Positions 1 to 8,844 of a DNA stretch of 64,000 bases are shown here, piece after piece. Made by a program: the position numbers and the translations under genes. The stretch lies in the IMG/VR virus record IMGVR_UViG_3300021141_000001; one strand, 5' to 3'. The notes beneath the pieces were generated by a model, which saw nothing but the letters and a program-made list of their open reading frames with translations, was not told where the DNA came from and did not search any database. Source of the stretch: a virus. Each line of letters begins with the position of its first letter. The stretch's first letter is position 1.

Positions 1-1
1 T

Positions 2-412
2 GGAAAGTCTAAGATTATTGATTATGCTGATAGAAAAATAGTTGTCTTTAATGTTAATGGAATTCACGTTCCATTTTATTTATCATCTGGACATGGTGGT
101 AAAAAAGACGTAACTAGCGGAAAATGGTATCCGTTTTTTGGAATATATGGACCAGATAGATGGTTAAATAAGTCATCCTCTAGTGATATTAATAATTATT
201 ATGGAGTAGGTTTATTAAAACAAATTTCTCAATCACTTGATAGTAAAATAGGTGATATTAGAAATGATAGTTCTATACCAAAAGTTTCACCGACTGGCAC
301 ACATATAGATTTTATCAATAAAGATTTAACACCGGTTGAGAATGAAAGACCTGATACTAAGATTAAATTTGCTCAAAATTTAGAAAATTTAAAAAGAAAA
401 TTAGGTGTATGA
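2..412 (+). CDS. Hypothetical protein, 5'-truncated by the window edge
   Basis: Frame 2 is open from base 2 (GKSKIIDYADRKIVVFNVNG...KRKLGV) to TGA 410-412, which overlaps the next ATG (ATGA). Confidence 0.75.
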   Translation, partial: GKSKIIDYADRKIVVFNVNGIHVPFYLSSGHGGKKDVTSGKWYPFFGIYGPDRWLNKSSSSDINNYYGVGLLKQISQSLDSKIGDIRNDSSIPKVSPTGTHIDFINKDLTPVENERPDTKIKFAQNLENLKRKLGV

Positions 413-678
413 CACTTCTTCCTTTCCAAGAAACTAAATTAAGTGATAATGAATTTATCAGAGTATTTAGCCAAGATACTGATTCTGGCGAATATATGTG
501 GCACCGTGATAGAGAAGATAGAATAATTGAGTCTATTGGTGATACAGATTGGAAAATACAAATAGATAATGAGTTACCTAAAGTAATAGATAAGGCATTT
601 ATACCAATGGGTGTTTATCATCGAGTTATAAAAGGTACAGGAGATTTGAAAATAAAGTTAATAAAAAACCCATCTTAA
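409..678 (+). CDS. Small cupin-fold protein
   Basis: WHRDREDR and IPMGVYHRVIKG resemble cupin motifs 1 and 2. Confidence 0.6.
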   Translation: MTLLPFQETKLSDNEFIRVFSQDTDSGEYMWHRDREDRIIESIGDTDWKIQIDNELPKVIDKAFIPMGVYHRVIKGTGDLKIKLIKNPS

Positions 679-694
679 AGATGGGTTTTGTTTT
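664..694. terminator. Bidirectional intrinsic terminator
   Basis: AAAACCCATCT-taa-AGATGGGTTTT hairpin between convergent genes. Confidence 0.75.
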
Positions 695-1818
695 TAGTCA
701 GCTTTGACTTTATAATTTTCATTGTATATCTTAATGACTTCATCAAATTCATTTACAATTCCTGATTTGAACTTATCATTATCATACTTTTGTTTCAAGA
801 TATACTCTTTAATATAATCTTCATATTCTAATTGAACAGATATTTCCATTCCATTCTCGTCTAGTTCAACTTCTAATGATTCATTTACATCTTCACCATC
901 AACTAACTCTTTGGTAATATCGTCAATATATTCTACAGAAGCAAAATTACCTTTCTCCAACATAACTTCTAACTTTCTACGAAGCTTTCTGTTATTAATT
1001 AACAGGTTATTTGAGATAGCTAAATCAATATAATCTTTAGTTCCTCTTAATTCATCTAATTTGTCAATATCTTCTTCATTAGCAACTCTAAATTTTCTAA
1101 ATATTGGAGAGTATGTGTTAGGTACAAAATCAATTTTATCACTACTTAGGTCGAGAATGGTGATACCTTTTTGGTCTCCCATATCATTTCTGTCCATTTG
1201 GTATGGAGAGCCTATAAACGAGAAATTTTCATTTGTTTGTCGAATGTGAATATGTCCACTAAAAACATGTTTGTATTTCTTAAACTCATCAACATCAATT
1301 TTATCAGCATTTCTATGTGCTACTGAATTTAAATGCATGCGGCAACCATTTAAGTCAGAGTGACAAAATAAATAATCACCTTGGTTATTAGTGATTTCTT
1401 TAATCATATCTAATCTTTTTTCAGCCCAAGGCATTAGGACTAATTTCTGACCATCTACTTCAATAGTAGTTGTATTAGTATAAACATTTACATTATTAAC
1501 GTGGTTAAATAATCTAACCGAATTAATATCATTTGAACCTTTATTCCATAAGTCATGATTGCCTACAATAATATGTAGTGGAAGTATCTCAGACAACTCT
1601 AGGAGTATCTTCTCTGCTTTATATGAAGCAATGATAGGAATAGATGTTCTGTTGTCATATAAGTCACCACAGTGTATTAAAATATCACCTGGTTTAGCAT
1701 TTTCTCTGATGTAAGGAATAAAAGAGTTATAGAAATAATCTTCCATCATATCTAACCACTTATCTAAGTTATTAAGATATACTCCAAAATGCCAATCTGT
1801 TGTAATAAAAACTTTCAT
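694..1818 (-). CDS. gp47: Mre11/SbcD-like recombination nuclease (T4 gp47-like)
   Basis: Metallophosphoesterase motifs DWHFG, GDLYD, GNHD and SGHIH, plus GSPYQ. Confidence 0.9.
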   Translation of the reverse strand: MKVFITTDWHFGVYLNNLDKWLDMMEDYFYNSFIPYIRENAKPGDILIHCGDLYDNRTSIPIIASYKAEKILLELSEILPLHIIVGNHDLWNKGSNDINSVRLFNHVNNVNVYTNTTTIEVDGQKLVLMPWAEKRLDMIKEITNNQGDYLFCHSDLNGCRMHLNSVAHRNADKIDVDEFKKYKHVFSGHIHIRQTNENFSFIGSPYQMDRNDMGDQKGITILDLSSDKIDFVPNTYSPIFRKFRVANEEDIDKLDELRGTKDYIDLAISNNLLINNRKLRRKLEVMLEKGNFASVEYIDDITKELVDGEDVNESLEVELDENGMEISVQLEYEDYIKEYILKQKYDNDKFKSGIVNEFDEVIKIYNENYKVKAD

Positions 1819-1846
1819 TAAAAATTTCTTTTCTTTTTATATGAAA

Positions 1847-2194
1847 TTATTGTGATATTGTTTCTTTTCTTCTGGCTTCTCTGGCACATTTCTCACATCC
1901 ACTACCAGCATATAAATGAGCATTTGGTGTTTGTTCAAACTCTTCGTGAACTGGACATATTATTTTAACTTTACTTCTACAGTTTTCATAAAGCACTAAG
2001 TCATAATTATATTTATTGTCATGTTTAATATTTGACTTTTCAACAAAATCTTTACTTTTTTTACTTCTTCTATTAAGAGCCTTTAATTCTTTTGATATAG
2101 CCTTTTCTTTAGATTTACAGTTTTTATTACAAAACTTTCTATCTGGTCTACCCCAAATAATCTCTTTATTACAATATCTATAATTACAGTTCAT
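1847..2194 (-). CDS. Cys-rich zinc-binding protein (DUF723-like, homing-endonuclease-associated domain, no nuclease seen)
   Basis: CxxxxC/FCxxxC at the N-terminus; KYNY..V.Y....KVKIICPVHEEFEQTPNAHL..GSGCEKC. Confidence 0.6.
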   Translation of the reverse strand: MNCNYRYCNKEIIWGRPDRKFCNKNCKSKEKAISKELKALNRRSKKSKDFVEKSNIKHDNKYNYDLVLYENCRSKVKIICPVHEEFEQTPNAHLYAGSGCEKCAREARRKETISQ

Positions 2195-2309
2195 ATATTG
2201 TATTTATTAAAAAGTGGAAATGGCATTTTTTACAACATAATATTTTAAAATAGAGCTAAAGAGAGAACAAATAAAAATATATAATTTATAAAAAATAATT
2301 AAAAAAAAT

Positions 2310-2930
2310 ATGCCATTACCACATTTTACTCAACTTTTGAACACAGGTTCACCAGGGGGTCCTGGTACGCTACCTGATGAAGTAGTATATCTTAATTTAT
2401 TTGAGATTACCTTTGTATTACCTGTTATTTTACAGGCTCAAGGTAGAAACCCAATTTTACTTCTTCAAAATGCGTTGAATATTGATATGAACTTAACACA
2501 ATTTGACGTTGGTGTTAAAGAACAAAGATTCAAGTATTCAACTCGTCAGTTCTTGACAACTCCAACTAAAACCGCTGGTGAATTTAACATCAAGTTCAAT
2601 GTTAACGTTAACCAACAAGGTTCTATGGAGACTTGGAATGCTTTGAAGGCTTGGTACGATTTAGTATTTAACTCACAAAATGGTTCACTTCACTATAAAA
2701 GTGATATTATTGGAACTGTTATTGTTAACCAACACGATAAAAAAGGTGTTGTTTTAAGACGTGTTACTTTCCAAAACGTACAAATTAAACAATTAGCTGG
2801 TTACGCTTTAGACTGGTCATCAAACAACATTATTGAGTCATCTCAAGCTGACTTTATCTATGATTACTTTATTGATGAGTACATTGATAATAACTTTACT
2901 ATCAATCCTCCAATTTTATCTGGATACTAA
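2310..2930 (+). CDS. gp19: Tail tube protein (gp19-like)
   Basis: 206 aa; W..LV + Y(K)..I.V.Q.D..G...R...F....K.L....LDW pattern; near the sheath gene; late promoter upstream. Confidence 0.8.
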   Translation: MPLPHFTQLLNTGSPGGPGTLPDEVVYLNLFEITFVLPVILQAQGRNPILLLQNALNIDMNLTQFDVGVKEQRFKYSTRQFLTTPTKTAGEFNIKFNVNVNQQGSMETWNALKAWYDLVFNSQNGSLHYKSDIIGTVIVNQHDKKGVVLRRVTFQNVQIKQLAGYALDWSSNNIIESSQADFIYDYFIDEYIDNNFTINPPILSGY

Positions 2931-2946
2931 TAGAAATAATAAAATT

Positions 2947-3018
2947 AAAAACCCATCTTTTAAGATGGGTTTTTTTTTATGTCTAATAAACAAAAAACCC
3001 ACCAATTGGTGGGTTTAA
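2947..3018. terminator. Two intrinsic terminator hairpins
   Basis: AAAAACCCATCTT-AAGATGGGTTTTT and AAACCCACCAATTGGTGGGTTT between convergent genes. Confidence 0.75.
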
Positions 3019-3020
3019 TT

Positions 3021-3275
3021 TTAATATTTCGGTATGCTATTTGACATATTAGAAGCATTTCTCATCATTGAATTAGCATCAAAGTTTGGCATTCCTTTTT
3101 GCTGATCTTGTTCTTGTTTCTTTCTAGAGCTATCTTCCTCTTCAACAATCTCATTAACCAACTTAATGTTTTCTTCAAACATCCAAAAGGGCCATTCATC
3201 CATAGCATATTCTTGTGTATGAAAGTGCTTTTGTAGTAATAACTTATTCTTTAATATATGCTTCAAAGGCATCAT
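3021..3275 (-). CDS. Baseplate hub assembly protein (gp51-like)
   Basis: LLQKHFH...MDEWPFW...E resembles gp51 of T4-like phages; overlaps the end of the gp26-like gene; probable start ATG 3275. Confidence 0.55.
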   Translation of the reverse strand: MMPLKHILKNKLLLQKHFHTQEYAMDEWPFWMFEENIKLVNEIVEEEDSSRKKQEQDQQKGMPNFDANSMMRNASNMSNSIPKY

Positions 3276-4182
3276 GAATAACGAAAATACCTGACGCTCC
3301 GTTGGGAAATTGCATGTCTGTGTGGACCTCCTCACCACACGAACATTTTTTCTTCAATTCTTTGATACCAAAAGTCATTTTACCAACAGCCGCATTTAAG
3401 AATTGGAAAGAAATATCATCAATTTCTTCAAACTCTTTTAATTTAGATTTGATACCTTCATAAGTAACAGAAGTTCTACCAGCTAACATAAAAGGAATAA
3501 TTTTTAAGAAAGAAAGATTTGGAGTTCTTTTTTCATTATTTTCTTTTAAGATATAGTCAGTAAAAGCTTTTTGAAGACCAATATTTGGCGGAGTTAATTC
3601 AAACTCTTTACCATTTACTGTTGTAAAGTGATAAGATCTTGTAGAGTTACTAAAGTATCTATCAAGTTTTTCATCGATTTCGTGGAATGAAAAATGGTCT
3701 CTTTTCAATTCTAATTGTAATTCTTCTCCACAACCACATTTTGTAGTTACTGTTAATGAATTACCTTGTTGAAATGTTAATTCTCTAATTAAGAAAATTA
3801 AAAATAATCTATCTTGGTCTTTCACATCAAGATAAGAACCCATCTTACCATCTGAATATTTAATTCTAACACAAGATTGAAGAATGTCATTCATTTTTTC
3901 AACGATATCGTAAAAGTTTTGGTCATCAACCATTGAGTAAGATTGAATTTCTTTTACTTGAGCAGGTCTTACCATAAATACGGTACCTGTTGGGTAAAAA
4001 GTACCACATGGAAGTTCTTTAATATCAAAGTTAAAATATTGAAGATCTGTAGTTCTTGTATTGTCAATTTTTGGTTGCTCTACAAATGGAATATCAGAGT
4101 TGTTTTGATTTTTAGAAGATTCTAAATTACCAATATGTTTCTTTAAGTATTCTTCTTCACTCATATTATTTTGTTCAGACAT
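3244..4182 (-). CDS. Baseplate hub subunit (gp26-like)
   Basis: LPCG.FY, VRP..VKE, DR.FL...IRELT and CxC motifs; next to the sheath and tube genes. Confidence 0.6.
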   Translation of the reverse strand: MSEQNNMSEEEYLKKHIGNLESSKNQNNSDIPFVEQPKIDNTRTTDLQYFNFDIKELPCGTFYPTGTVFMVRPAQVKEIQSYSMVDDQNFYDIVEKMNDILQSCVRIKYSDGKMGSYLDVKDQDRLFLIFLIRELTFQQGNSLTVTTKCGCGEELQLELKRDHFSFHEIDEKLDRYFSNSTRSYHFTTVNGKEFELTPPNIGLQKAFTDYILKENNEKRTPNLSFLKIIPFMLAGRTSVTYEGIKSKLKEFEEIDDISFQFLNAAVGKMTFGIKELKKKCSCGEEVHTDMQFPNGASGIFVIHDAFEAYIKE

Positions 4183-4255
4183 ATAATGTTGTTATTTTTT
4201 ATTTATATATTCATAGAATAGTTACTCCTATGAATTTACCTTATGGTTATAACAA

Positions 4256-4290
4256 AAAAAAAGAGAAAAGTTTTCACTTTTCTCTTTTTT
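4256..4290 (-). terminator. Intrinsic terminator after the sheath gene
   Basis: AAAAGAGAAAAG-ttttca-CTTTTCTCTTTT. Confidence 0.7.
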
Positions 4291-4310
4291 ATTATAAAAT
4301 TTATTAATTA

Positions 4311-7300
4311 TTATCCGTTGATGAATCCACCCGCAGAGATAGCACCAGTTCTCAAGATAGTAATATTGTTTACAATAATACCCATACCCTTGATCGGTTC
4401 AACATATGTATCAAGAACACCAATTTGGTTATCAATGATTTCATTAGTGTTGTTTTCTTCATCCATTTTATTAAAGTAGTTGTATAAACCATTCTTACTT
4501 ACATAAGTTTCACAGATAACGTCTGCTCTAAGTTTAATTTCTGCTCTAATATCAGGTGTATTAAATTTCCATTGGAAGTCTAATAACATTCTTGACAATT
4601 CTCTTTCAAGTTCGATAAGAACTTCTCTAACGTGTAAGTATGAAAGAGCTGAGTCGTAAAGTGTTTGACCTGTATTTTCAGTTTCAATTACGTTTCCTCT
4701 GTTTCTCTTGAACACAATTGGGTTCATTTGAGCTTGGTTAATCCACTCGATATCAGTATTAGTGAAATCCATTTCAGTTGAAACTATATTAGTAATTCTA
4801 CCATTAGTAACACCTGCTGCGATTGTCCAAGGAGTCATTCCACTTATATTTGAAGTATGTTTTCTCATATAAGTTGTTCCTACCCATGCTGCTGGTGGAA
4901 CTTCAATTGGTCTACCATTATCATTTACAGTTAAGTAAGGCATAAAGTAACCTACTGCTGTAGTACCTGCTCCGTCACCGAATGAATAAAGGAACGCAGG
5001 AGAGCTTTCTGGGTCACCACCCTTAGCAACGTACTCAAGTTGTAAAACACCTTCAGCATTTACGAAAGTAGGAGATGATGAGTTCTTAAATGATTTCATA
5101 GAAGGCATATTCAAGATTCCAAGAGCATCTAATCTTTCTCCACAGATATCAACTAATTGTTGTTTAGATCTTTCAGTTAAACCAAGACCAAATGAGTCAA
5201 TTAAATATCTGAAGTCGATTGCTTCTTTATTAGTAATTGCTTTGAATAAAGGAGTTCCTTTAGCAACTAAGTTAAGTATAGCATTTTGTCTAGTTTCAGT
5301 ACCATCAGGTAAAGAAGCTTGTCTAATTCTAAATCCTTTAAGAGAGATAGCTTTATAAGTAGTAGCGTAGTTATCAATAGGTGTGTATCTAGTTGTTTGA
5401 TAATCACCACTATAGTTAGTTTTTTCAATTCTAGCATCACAAGTAACCTCTACTAATGTAGTATCACCAGCATATTGTTTTTTACTTAAAATTCTTGTAA
5501 GTTTTCTAGCAACTTCACCAGTTTGTAATACAACTGTTGGGTCAACATAAGCGGCTAAGAAGTCACCAACTTTAACCTCAGTGTATCTAGAACCAGTAAT
5601 AAGAATCTTATTAGGAACTTGAACATATCCTGTAGGAATTTCAATTTCAACAGTTTGTTTGAAGTTTGATTTAGCTGATTGTACATAGAATGTATTATTA
5701 GATACCGTATCAACTGCTTCAATAGATGTAAATCCTTCATCCATGAAATCAACTTCTAATGTTCCGTTATTATTTAAGTACATTTTTAAGTAATGTTTCT
5801 TTAAGAAATCATAAATAGTACTTACATTTAATACTTCTTCGTAAGCAACTTCTTCACTTACTTCATATGCCCAGTAGTAAGCTCCTACTGTACTTGTGTA
5901 ACCAAGATTTGTAGCTAAAGTAGATGGGTTAGAAGCATTAGTAATTGTAAATGATCCAGTATTAATACTTGAATCAGGAACAATGAATTGATCATATGTA
6001 GCATATGATGGATTTGTATTTGAAGTAGTTTCAAATATTACATAGTTGTAACCAGCATATGATGAAGTAGTACCTGCGGCAATTTCACCATCTATGAAAA
6101 TAACATTCATAGTTTCTTGTGCGGCTACTAAAGCTTGTGGTACTTTATTAGCATAGAAGTAATCTCCTGTGTTAATAATACCGTCATAAAAATTAGAATA
6201 AAATTTAGAGTATCTAGCAACAACACCATCAGTCATAGACCAAACATTTGAAGTTGTGGATACTTTATCTGAGCCAAGTAAAAATTCATTATCTACTGTG
6301 TAGATTACAAAGTAACCATCAAGAATATCACTTAATTGAGCATCAGTTAAACCAGTATTTAAGATAAATGATTTATTAGATGTTGATGAGCTAACAATAT
6401 TTGTAATTGTTATAGTAGATAAACTAACTTTATCAAACGCATGATTAGGTCCTAAACATAAAGTCATTTTATTTTTATTAGCAGAGTCAATTAAATCAAC
6501 TAATCTATTGAATAATTTGAATCTTCTGTATTGTGCGTAATTTGCTACAGAAGGTACAGTATTTGTATTTTCAAATGTAACTTTAATTACACCAGAATCT
6601 GGAGTACTTTGAGTTGCGATGTGATAATCATCAGAAGCACTAGTACCAAAACTAAAGTCTATGAAACCAACTGTGTCAATATTTACATCAGTAACTGTTA
6701 CTGTTGGTGCTGCGATATCACCATTAGCCATATCAAATTCTACATAACCTAATACGATATCACTTGCTGATACTGTAGGTTTTGTAGGTGTTGAACCATA
6801 AGCAACACCAGTTGTGTTAGATACTACAGATAATGAACCTGTTGAGTCTAAAACATAAGCTGATACAAATGATAATGTACCGTATGAAGCGCTATAATCA
6901 CTAGCACTAATTGTTAATGTATTTCCAGTTACTGGAACCATTTTATCACCAATTACAGCGAAAGCGTCAGCAGTAGCTGTGTAAGTTAATGCGATAGAAG
7001 CAGATGATGATGTTAAAGTATCTTTAGTTACATCATAAACAAATCCTTCACCAAACCAAGCAGTTCTGTTATCACCATTATCAATAACACCTGTTTCAGT
7101 TGGAACTAAACCAAATGCGTGAGGATCTTGGTTAATATAACCATTTCCTGTAAATACACCACCTAACAAGGCAGTTACGTTACCAGGTAAGTCTAAAGGC
7201 ACTGCTGTGATTTCAATTGATTCAGCGATAGTTTCTTTATAAGATAAGAATTCTATTTCAGTTTCATTCACACCAGCAACTGTTTGTCCAACTAAGTCTA

Positions 7301-8216
7301 AAAGACCGTTGTAGTAATCTGTTTCAACTAAATCTGAGTTGAAAGCACAGAATACTCCAGTTTTATCTGTATCTCTGTTAATTGTAGTTTCAATAAAAAT
7401 ATTAGTACCATTGGCATCTCTAAAATATGGAATTAAGGACAATCCTTCGTAATAAGCTAATAAAGTAACATTTCTATCATTAGCAAAGTTTCTAATTTGA
7501 CTCTTAACAAGACCAGACGCATTGAAGTAAGCACTCCATCTATTATCAATAGCCAAGTTTTGGTAGTCAGACCAGTCACCACCTACAACAATAACATCTA
7601 CTAAATAGTCAGATGCGTAATCGTTAGCGTTAACATATGGCGGAAGTTTTTCTTGAGAACCATACCATTCGATTAAAGTTCTATCAAAACCAGTTCTAGC
7701 ACTTTTCACAACAAATACAGTAACGAATCTGTCAGAAAGGTTAGTAATACTAAAAGCTCTTTCAGTATAACCAGCATTTGGTTTAGTTAAATTAATGAAA
7801 GACTCAGTATCTCTTTTCCAGAAACCTGTTGTATCGAAGAATCTTCTATAAGCTCCATTTCTTTCGATATCATTAATATAACCAGATGATGATGATAATG
7901 ATTTATACTCAATAGTATCTAATGTATCATCTGTGCTTAAAAGATTGATAGCGAATACTGGAGCTGATTCCAACATTTTTTGAATAGTTCTGTGGAAAAA
8001 TGAACCTTTTCTTTCTAATCCTCTATCAAGTTGACCAAAGATAGACTCTAAGTCATTGACTGTAGTAAGTCTAATAGGTGTATTTACTGGTCCCTTTTTT
8101 GAAACACCAATAACCATATTAGTAATACCCTCAACCACTGGAGTTGTAATGATTGAATTGTCAAACTCTTCTATGAAGATTCCTGGTCTTTTGTATTTTC
8201 CAATTTGAATTGCCAT
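4311..8216 (-). CDS. gp18: Contractile tail sheath protein (gp18-like), unusually long at 1301 aa
   Basis: N-terminal RPGIFIEEFD..GVSKKGPVNTP; C-terminal PWTIAAG..NG, MNPI, SALSYLHVR, F.W.FN. Confidence 0.92.
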   Translation of the reverse strand: MAIQIGKYKRPGIFIEEFDNSIITTPVVEGITNMVIGVSKKGPVNTPIRLTTVNDLESIFGQLDRGLERKGSFFHRTIQKMLESAPVFAINLLSTDDTLDTIEYKSLSSSSGYINDIERNGAYRRFFDTTGFWKRDTESFINLTKPNAGYTERAFSITNLSDRFVTVFVVKSARTGFDRTLIEWYGSQEKLPPYVNANDYASDYLVDVIVVGGDWSDYQNLAIDNRWSAYFNASGLVKSQIRNFANDRNVTLLAYYEGLSLIPYFRDANGTNIFIETTINRDTDKTGVFCAFNSDLVETDYYNGLLDLVGQTVAGVNETEIEFLSYKETIAESIEITAVPLDLPGNVTALLGGVFTGNGYINQDPHAFGLVPTETGVIDNGDNRTAWFGEGFVYDVTKDTLTSSSASIALTYTATADAFAVIGDKMVPVTGNTLTISASDYSASYGTLSFVSAYVLDSTGSLSVVSNTTGVAYGSTPTKPTVSASDIVLGYVEFDMANGDIAAPTVTVTDVNIDTVGFIDFSFGTSASDDYHIATQSTPDSGVIKVTFENTNTVPSVANYAQYRRFKLFNRLVDLIDSANKNKMTLCLGPNHAFDKVSLSTITITNIVSSSTSNKSFILNTGLTDAQLSDILDGYFVIYTVDNEFLLGSDKVSTTSNVWSMTDGVVARYSKFYSNFYDGIINTGDYFYANKVPQALVAAQETMNVIFIDGEIAAGTTSSYAGYNYVIFETTSNTNPSYATYDQFIVPDSSINTGSFTITNASNPSTLATNLGYTSTVGAYYWAYEVSEEVAYEEVLNVSTIYDFLKKHYLKMYLNNNGTLEVDFMDEGFTSIEAVDTVSNNTFYVQSAKSNFKQTVEIEIPTGYVQVPNKILITGSRYTEVKVGDFLAAYVDPTVVLQTGEVARKLTRILSKKQYAGDTTLVEVTCDARIEKTNYSGDYQTTRYTPIDNYATTYKAISLKGFRIRQASLPDGTETRQNAILNLVAKGTPLFKAITNKEAIDFRYLIDSFGLGLTERSKQQLVDICGERLDALGILNMPSMKSFKNSSSPTFVNAEGVLQLEYVAKGGDPESSPAFLYSFGDGAGTTAVGYFMPYLTVNDNGRPIEVPPAAWVGTTYMRKHTSNISGMTPWTIAAGVTNGRITNIVSTEMDFTNTDIEWINQAQMNPIVFKRNRGNVIETENTGQTLYDSALSYLHVREVLIELERELSRMLLDFQWKFNTPDIRAEIKLRADVICETYVSKNGLYNYFNKMDEENNTNEIIDNQIGVLDTYVEPIKGMGIIVNNITILRTGAISAGGFING

Positions 8217-8283
8217 ATTTTTAATATTTTTTTTTATGTTATAGAGTATATATAAAATGTAAAAAATGATATTTTTTCTATTT

Positions 8284-8844
8284 TCACTTCTCTTTTGAGA
8301 TTTTCTTTATATTATCCATCATATTCTTCTCTACATCGAGCATTTTTTTATTTAATGATGATTGGGCATCAGATATTTCTTTGGTTAACGATGCTATAGA
8401 AGCAGCATTTGTTGATATTCTATTAGTTATATCAGTTATTTTGCCAGTAACGGCTTGCTTTGTAGAGTCATCCTTAGATAATTTTAATTCTTCACTAAAA
8501 TCATCTTTTTTAACCTTATCATTCGCAATATCTTTTTGAATATTATTAACTTTTCTTGTTAAACTAGCAATGTGTAGATACTCAACTAAGAAAGGATTTC
8601 TATCCTGACCTGGTAAGGCATCTATTTTACCAACAATCGATTCTATTTTCTTTTGTAAGTCAGCATCTATTTTGATTGTTAGATATGCGGTGTCTATTAG
8701 AGGCTTCTTTGTTTTATATTCAGTAAGTTGATTTTTAAGAGTTGTCAACTTTTCTTTAGCCATTTTAATATCTGGTTGGTCTGTTATATTAACATCAAAT
8801 TCAGCTTCTTCTAAAAAGATTCTATATGATTTTAGGTTTCTCAT
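8284..8844 (-). CDS. Coiled-coil protein with capsid-targeting-like leader
   Basis: Starts MRNLKSYRIFLEE; heptad-rich. Confidence 0.6.
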   Translation of the reverse strand: MRNLKSYRIFLEEAEFDVNITDQPDIKMAKEKLTTLKNQLTEYKTKKPLIDTAYLTIKIDADLQKKIESIVGKIDALPGQDRNPFLVEYLHIASLTRKVNNIQKDIANDKVKKDDFSEELKLSKDDSTKQAVTGKITDITNRISTNAASIASLTKEISDAQSSLNKKMLDVEKNMMDNIKKISKEK

